NCBI GenBank assembly: GCA_050251875.1
Contig: JBFWMA010000003.1
Span: forward strand, 1-64,000
Direction: 5' to 3'
From: Deferribacterales bacterium
Lineage (GTDB): Bacteria; Chrysiogenota; Deferribacteres; Deferribacterales; Geovibrionaceae
Length of the DNA stretch: 64,000 nt
A program made the translations under genes and the position numbers. This document shows, in pieces, positions 58,739 through 64,000 of the stretch. The notes below the pieces were generated by a model. The model had not been told where the DNA came from and made no database searches. It saw nothing but the letters and a program-made list of their open reading frames with translations. Positions within the stretch are counted from its first letter, which is position 1. Each line of letters starts with the position of its first letter.

Positions 58739-61363
58739 TTATTTCTTCAGTGCCGCGTGCGCCGCTGCCAGTCTGGCTACAGGCACACGGAAGGGAGAAC
58801 AGCTCACATAGTTGAGCCCTGCTTTCTGACAGAATTCTATAGAAGCGGGGTCTCCGCCGTGCTCGCCGCATATACCTGTTTTCAGGTTTGCTCTCACACT
58901 GCGTCCTTTGCTTACTCCCATCTCAACGAGCTGACCAACGCCGCTCACGTCTATGGATACGAAGGGATCTTCTTTGTAGATGCCTTTTTCCACATAGAGA
59001 GGCAGGAATTTACCGGCATCGTCACGGCTGACGCCCAGTGTTGTCTGTGTCAGGTCGTTTGTACCGAATGAGAAGAACTCAGCATGCTCAGCTATCTCAT
59101 CCGCTGTCAGGGCGGCTCTGGGGAGCTCGATCATGGTTCCCACCATGTACTCCACTTTCACGCCGTATCTTTCCATAGTGACTTTAGCCACGTCATTTGT
59201 CATGTCTTTCAGAATCTCAAGCTCTTTGTAGTTGCCCACCAGAGGGATCATCACTTCGGGTTTAACAACTTTTCCGGCTTTCTGAAGCTCACATGCCGCC
59301 TCAAAGATTGCTCTGACCTGCATCTCATATATCTCGGGATATGTGAGACCCAGACGGCATCCTCTGTGTCCGAGCATGGGGTTGAACTCGTGGAGCTCTT
59401 CCGCTTTCGCTTTCAGGTGCTCTGCGGCTATACCGGATGATTTCGCCACTTTCTCCACATCTTCATCTGTGTGGGGGATGAACTCGTGAAGAGGGGGATC
59501 CAGCAGACGGATAGTAACGGGCAGTCCCTCCATAGCGGTGAACAGACCGAGGAAATCCTCTTTCTGATAGGGCTCTACCTTTTTCAGAGCTTTTCTGCGT
59601 CCTTCCTCGTCATCGGCGAGGATCATCTCACGCACGGCATCTATTCTGTCGCCGTCAAAGAACATGTGCTCTGTACGGCACAGACCGATACCTTCCGCTC
59701 CGAACTCTCTCGCCACCTGAGAATCGTGGGGAGTGTCGGCGTTGGCTCTGACACCCAGTGTTCTGTATGTGTCAGCCCATGTGAGAATCTCGGCGAATTC
59801 GCCGGAGAGCTCAGGCTCGATAAGTTTAGCGGCGCCCAGGATAACCTCTCCTGTGGAACCGTTGATTGTTATAATATCGCCCTCTTTAACAGAGACGTTG
59901 CCTGTGTTAAAGATTTTTGAATCTTCGTTTATTCTGATAGCGCCGCATCCGGCTACACAGCATTTACCCATACCGCGGGCAACAACCGCCGCATGGCTGG
60001 TCATTCCGCCTGTGGCTGTCAGAATACCCTGAGCGGCGTGCATACCGCCGATGTCTTCGGGGGATGTTTCCGCTCTTACGAGGATTACTTTTTCGCCTTT
60101 TTCAGCCCATGACTCGGCGTCTTCAGCGGAGAAAACAACCTTGCCCACAGCCGCTCCGGGAGATGCCGGAAGACCTTTGGCGATTATGTCGTATTTTATG
60201 CTGGTGTCGATCATGGGGTGCAGAAGCTGATCCACCTGCTCGGGAGCCACACGCAGAACGGCTGTCTGTTTGTCTATCAGCCCCTCAGCGACCATGTCGA
60301 AGGCGATCTTCACAGCGGCTTTCGCTGTACGTTTGCCTGTTCTGGTCTGGAGCATGTAGAGTGTGCCTCTTTCGATGGTGAACTCTATATCCTGAACATC
60401 TTTGTAGTGGTTTTCCAGTTTCTTATAAACTTCCTCAAGCTGTTTGAAAGACTCGGGCATGGCCTTTGCCAGTGTGGCGATGGGCTCGGGAGTTCTGATC
60501 CCTGCCACCACGTCCTCGCCCTGAGCGTTCACAAGGTATTCACCGAAGAATACTTTTTCGCCTGTGGAGGGGTCACGGGTGAAAGCAACGCCTGTACCGC
60601 AGTCGTTACCCATGTTTCCGAAGACCATGGACTGAACGTTAACGGCTGTTCCCCAGTCATCGGACATTTTATTGATTTTTCTGTATGTTTTGGCTCTCTG
60701 ATTGTTCCATGAGTCAAAAACAGCGTCTATAGCGTATTTAAGCTGCTCTTTGGGATCCTGAGGAAACTGCTTGCCTATTTCCTGCTCAACGAGACCTTTG
60801 TACTTGCCCACAAGCTCTTTCAGGTCGTCAGCGCTAAGCTCTGTGTCCTCTTTCACTTTTCTGGCTTCTTTCATATCCTTGAGGATATGCTCGAATTTGT
60901 GGTGACCGATGCCCAGAACAACGTCTGAGAACATCTGGATGAATCTGCGGTAGCTGTCATAGGCAAATCTGGCGTTGCCTGATGATTTCTCCAGACCTTT
61001 TACAGATTCGTCAGTCAGACCGAGGTTGAGAACCGTGTCCATCATACCGGGCATAGACACTCTGGCTCCTGAACGGACGGAAACAAGGAGAGGATTTGAC
61101 ACATCTCCGAATTTTTTGCCCATGGCGTCTTCCAGCTTAGCCAGCGCCTCAAGCGCCTGATCCCACAGTCCCGCGGGATACTCCTTGTTGTCTTTGTAAT
61201 ACTGGACACATGCTTCAGTTGTGATGGTGAAGCCGGGAGGAACGGGTATTCCGATGCTGGTCATCTCAGCGAGACCAGCGCCTTTACCTCCGAGAAGGTT
61301 CTTATTCTTTCCGTCACCTTCCGTACGGTCTTTACCAAAGAAATAAACCCATTTGGCGCTCAT
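58739..61363 (-). CDS. ppdK: Pyruvate, phosphate dikinase
   Basis: LLGGKGAGL, VSVRSGA, GGMTSHAAVVARG, GICGEHGG. Confidence 0.98.
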   Translation of the reverse strand: MSAKWVYFFGKDRTEGDGKNKNLLGGKGAGLAEMTSIGIPVPPGFTITTEACVQYYKDNKEYPAGLWDQALEALAKLEDAMGKKFGDVSNPLLVSVRSGARVSMPGMMDTVLNLGLTDESVKGLEKSSGNARFAYDSYRRFIQMFSDVVLGIGHHKFEHILKDMKEARKVKEDTELSADDLKELVGKYKGLVEQEIGKQFPQDPKEQLKYAIDAVFDSWNNQRAKTYRKINKMSDDWGTAVNVQSMVFGNMGNDCGTGVAFTRDPSTGEKVFFGEYLVNAQGEDVVAGIRTPEPIATLAKAMPESFKQLEEVYKKLENHYKDVQDIEFTIERGTLYMLQTRTGKRTAKAAVKIAFDMVAEGLIDKQTAVLRVAPEQVDQLLHPMIDTSIKYDIIAKGLPASPGAAVGKVVFSAEDAESWAEKGEKVILVRAETSPEDIGGMHAAQGILTATGGMTSHAAVVARGMGKCCVAGCGAIRINEDSKIFNTGNVSVKEGDIITINGSTGEVILGAAKLIEPELSGEFAEILTWADTYRTLGVRANADTPHDSQVAREFGAEGIGLCRTEHMFFDGDRIDAVREMILADDEEGRRKALKKVEPYQKEDFLGLFTAMEGLPVTIRLLDPPLHEFIPHTDEDVEKVAKSSGIAAEHLKAKAEELHEFNPMLGHRGCRLGLTYPEIYEMQVRAIFEAACELQKAGKVVKPEVMIPLVGNYKELEILKDMTNDVAKVTMERYGVKVEYMVGTMIELPRAALTADEIAEHAEFFSFGTNDLTQTTLGVSRDDAGKFLPLYVEKGIYKEDPFVSIDVSGVGQLVEMGVSKGRSVRANLKTGICGEHGGDPASIEFCQKAGLNYVSCSPFRVPVARLAAAHAALKK

Positions 61364-61378
61364 TACGATAACCCCCTG

Positions 61379-63442
61379 TTATATGATTTTTGTTAAATCG
61401 CCCAGCACATTGAACAGACCTATCAGCCGGTTTAGCAAACTTAATCTGTTGTCTTTCACTTTTTCATCCTTTGCCATCACCATGACATTTTCGAAAAAGC
61501 TGTCAACAGCACCGCTGAAGGTAAGCAGCTGAGTCATCGCCTCTGTGAAGTTCTCTTCACTCACCTCTCTATGAATACCGGCAGACTTCGATTCTATCAG
61601 GTCCGCCAGTTCCCTCTCCTGATCAGAGTCAAAAAGAGACCTGTCATACTCTGTGCCTGTATGACCGCTCTTTTTAAGAATATTGTTGATACGTTTGTAT
61701 CCGGCAGAGATGCTGGCAAACTCTTTTGTCTCTCTGTATGCAAAGAGAGCTTTCGCCGCCTTCTCTATCTTTATTATATCACCGGAAACGGACATTGCGC
61801 AGTCTATGCAGTCTGCGGGAATACCATCGCCGTTAAGCATCTGACGGAACCTCTGCATGATGAAGTCTGTAACTCCATCCACAGTCTTCTCTTTGTCGAA
61901 TTTGATATATCCGCTCAGGATGTCTGCGCTCTTCTCCGCCAGCTCTCTGATGTCTGTGCGCAGTCCCTTGTCTCTGATGATGTTCAGAACGCCGATGGCG
62001 CCTCTTCTCAGAGCATAGGGATCCTGATTTCCTGTAGGTATCAGGTTGATGGCGAAGCATCCTGTTATGGTGTCTATTTTATCCGCCATGGAAACGAAGG
62101 CTCCGGCGTCTGTGGACGGCAGAACGTCTCCGGCGAATCTGGGCATGTAGTGTTCGTCAATGGCTGTCGCCACTGTGTCGTTTTCTCCCTGGAGCTTGGC
62201 ATAGGTTTTACCCATGATGCCCTGAAGCTCGGGGAACTCGTATACCATAGAGCTCAGCAGGTCGGCCTTGCAGAGGAAAGCGGCTCTGTCTGTGTCTTTC
62301 ACGGCTGAGGGAGCGAATCTCTCCGCCAGATAGACAGCCAGCGCTCTGAATCTTTCCATCTTGGCATATGATGTGCCGAGTTTTTCCTGATATGTCACTT
62401 TTTTCAGCTCTTCCACACGGTTAGCCAGAGGATATTCCCTGTCGTTTTCCCAGAAGAAAGCCGCATCCGCCAGCCTGGCTCTCAGAACTCTGGCATAGCC
62501 CGCCTTCACCACGGAAGGGTCTTTGGGCTGGGTGTTGGACACGCCGATGAATTTATTTACGAGTTTTCCGTTTTTATCAGTTACATAAAAATATTTCTGG
62601 TGGTTCTTCATAGATGTGATGAGCACTTCGGCGGGGATGGACAGGTATTTTTCCTCGAACTCTCCCATGAGAGCCACGGGGTATTCCACAAGACCTGCCA
62701 CCGTGTCCAGCAGATCTTCGTCCAGATCCACCTTATAGCCCGTCTCTTTCTCTATGTCGGCTATCTGCTTTCTGACGAAATCTTTGCGCATGTCGGCAGA
62801 GACATAGACGTACGCTTTTTCCAGCTTAGCTATATAGTCGGCGAAATCTTTCACCTGAAAATATTCGTTGGCGTGAATGCGGTGACCCATTGTCTGGCTG
62901 CCGCTTTTTATGCCGTCTATCTCGAAATTAACGGTTTTATCTCCGAACAGAGCCAGAAACCAGTGGATCGGTCTGGCATAGCGGAAGTTATTGTCGCCCC
63001 AGCGCATGGATTTTTTGAAGGGGATGCTCTTTATGATGCTTACGCAGAGAGTCTCCAGCAGTTCCAGAGTGTCCACGCCTTTCGTCTTTTTGACACCGCT
63101 AAGATATTCGCCCTTGTCTGTGGTCTCTTTTTTCAGCGTGCCGAAATCGAGTCCTTTTGATTTGGCGAATCCCTCGCCCGCCTTTGTCAGGGTGCCGTCA
63201 GGGTTGAAGGCGATATTGGCGGGAGGTCCCATGATGATCTCTTCACGGTCGGGCTGTTTCTCGCTGAGCCCTTCTATATGGATATAGCTTCTTCTGGGGG
63301 TACCATCGGACTCTACTTTTGTAAACTCCATACCCTCTTCTTTAAGTTTTTTCGAAAATTCTTTTGTAAGGTAATCGCTTGTGCCCGCTATAAATCCAGC
63401 GGGTATCTCTTCGCTTCCTATTTCAAGGAGAAAATCGGGCAT
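61379..63442 (-). CDS. glyS: Glycine--tRNA ligase beta subunit
   Basis: LLEIGSEEIP, KSMRWG, EFPELQGIMG, DPYALRR, DALR-like end. Confidence 0.97.
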   Translation of the reverse strand: MPDFLLEIGSEEIPAGFIAGTSDYLTKEFSKKLKEEGMEFTKVESDGTPRRSYIHIEGLSEKQPDREEIIMGPPANIAFNPDGTLTKAGEGFAKSKGLDFGTLKKETTDKGEYLSGVKKTKGVDTLELLETLCVSIIKSIPFKKSMRWGDNNFRYARPIHWFLALFGDKTVNFEIDGIKSGSQTMGHRIHANEYFQVKDFADYIAKLEKAYVYVSADMRKDFVRKQIADIEKETGYKVDLDEDLLDTVAGLVEYPVALMGEFEEKYLSIPAEVLITSMKNHQKYFYVTDKNGKLVNKFIGVSNTQPKDPSVVKAGYARVLRARLADAAFFWENDREYPLANRVEELKKVTYQEKLGTSYAKMERFRALAVYLAERFAPSAVKDTDRAAFLCKADLLSSMVYEFPELQGIMGKTYAKLQGENDTVATAIDEHYMPRFAGDVLPSTDAGAFVSMADKIDTITGCFAINLIPTGNQDPYALRRGAIGVLNIIRDKGLRTDIRELAEKSADILSGYIKFDKEKTVDGVTDFIMQRFRQMLNGDGIPADCIDCAMSVSGDIIKIEKAAKALFAYRETKEFASISAGYKRINNILKKSGHTGTEYDRSLFDSDQERELADLIESKSAGIHREVSEENFTEAMTQLLTFSGAVDSFFENVMVMAKDEKVKDNRLSLLNRLIGLFNVLGDLTKII

Positions 63443-63602
63443 TTTTACACCTAAATGTGATTATTTTAGTCTTTAACATCCTATATATAAACGAGGCATA
63501 TTTCAAGAAGTTTATAACGGAGATATGAATAGATGTAAAGAAGTTCCGCAATCCTTTGTGATAAAGAGAATAAGCTATAGGAAATGTCTATATGCGCATA
63601 GA

Positions 63603-63637
63603 AAACAAGAAAGAAGGGCGGCATTTAACATGCCGCC
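63603..63637 (-). terminator. Intrinsic terminator after leuD
   Basis: Minus strand GGCGGCAT-GTTAA-ATGCCGCC followed by a T-rich tract. Confidence 0.7.
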
Positions 63638-63646
63638 GCAACCTGA

Positions 63647-64000
63647 TTATTTAAAGGAATATTGAAGTGTTTTCTCAAAAGCCTTCACAGCGTCCAGACC
63701 GTCCAGCAGACCAGCCAGAGAGTCATAGCTTCCTTCCAGAAACGCTTTTCTGGAGTTAGGCTTGATATCAACGGCGTATTCTTTGCCGTCAAACGTCACT
63801 ACTTTTTTATCCACGCCTATTGTCATCTCGGCTTTGGGGTTCGCCTCCACAGCCTTCATGATGGCTGATCTGGTGGCTTTGTCCGCTGTGGCGCAGACTA
63901 TGCCCAGAGTTGTGCAGTTGCCGAAGAATATCTCGGCGAAGCTGCCTGCGATAACAGCGTTGAATCCGGCACGCTTGATAGCCTGAGGAGCATGCTCACG
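63647..64000 (-). CDS. leuD: 3-isopropylmalate dehydratase small subunit, 3' part (runs off the window)
   Basis: Minus strand reads REHAPQAIKRAGFNAVIAGSFAEIFFGNC, the LeuD signature. Confidence 0.92.
   Translation of the reverse strand, partial: REHAPQAIKRAGFNAVIAGSFAEIFFGNCTTLGIVCATADKATRSAIMKAVEANPKAEMTIGVDKKVVTFDGKEYAVDIKPNSRKAFLEGSYDSLAGLLDGLDAVKAFEKTLQYSFK

Noticed and set aside
63443..63602. T-box or glycine riboswitch upstream of glyS
   Set aside because: No T-box consensus or aptamer structure is visible; it is an AT-rich promoter region.

Overview
This is a 64 kb bacterial chromosomal window. Gene content and protein style suggest Deferribacterales (Seleniivibrio/Denitrovibrio/Geovibrio-like); that assignment is inferred, not proven. 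Most of it is housekeeping DNA on the minus strand: rnj-uppP-ftsK, glnE, recA-pilT-recX-rplI-dnaB, lpxC, hisBHA-pgpA-cinA, tRNAs-tig-clpPX-lon-rpsU, leuD, glyS and ppdK; secA is on plus. A ~14 kb glycan-tailoring island (25.3-39.2 kb) separates cinA from recA. It encodes three methyltransferases, a sulfotransferase, GT41-, GT4- and GT8-like glycosyltransferases, galE, a SPASM radical SAM enzyme and an atypical MiaB/RimO-like enzyme. The most unusual signal is non-coding: two families of dispersed structured repeats. Family A is a GTCAT..ATGAC four-way junction. Family B has two co-varying stems that display invariant CAGGA(T/C)G loops, matching the CsrB-type CsrA-binding repeat, always on the transcribed strand. 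A and B are joined in the same geometry at two unlinked loci, and two B copies abut direct duplications of host sequence (21 and ~66 bp). Also seen: a perfect sigma54 promoter placed to make lpxC leaderless, and a sigma28 promoter before a YjfB-like gene. No transposase, integrase or CRISPR-cas genes are visible.
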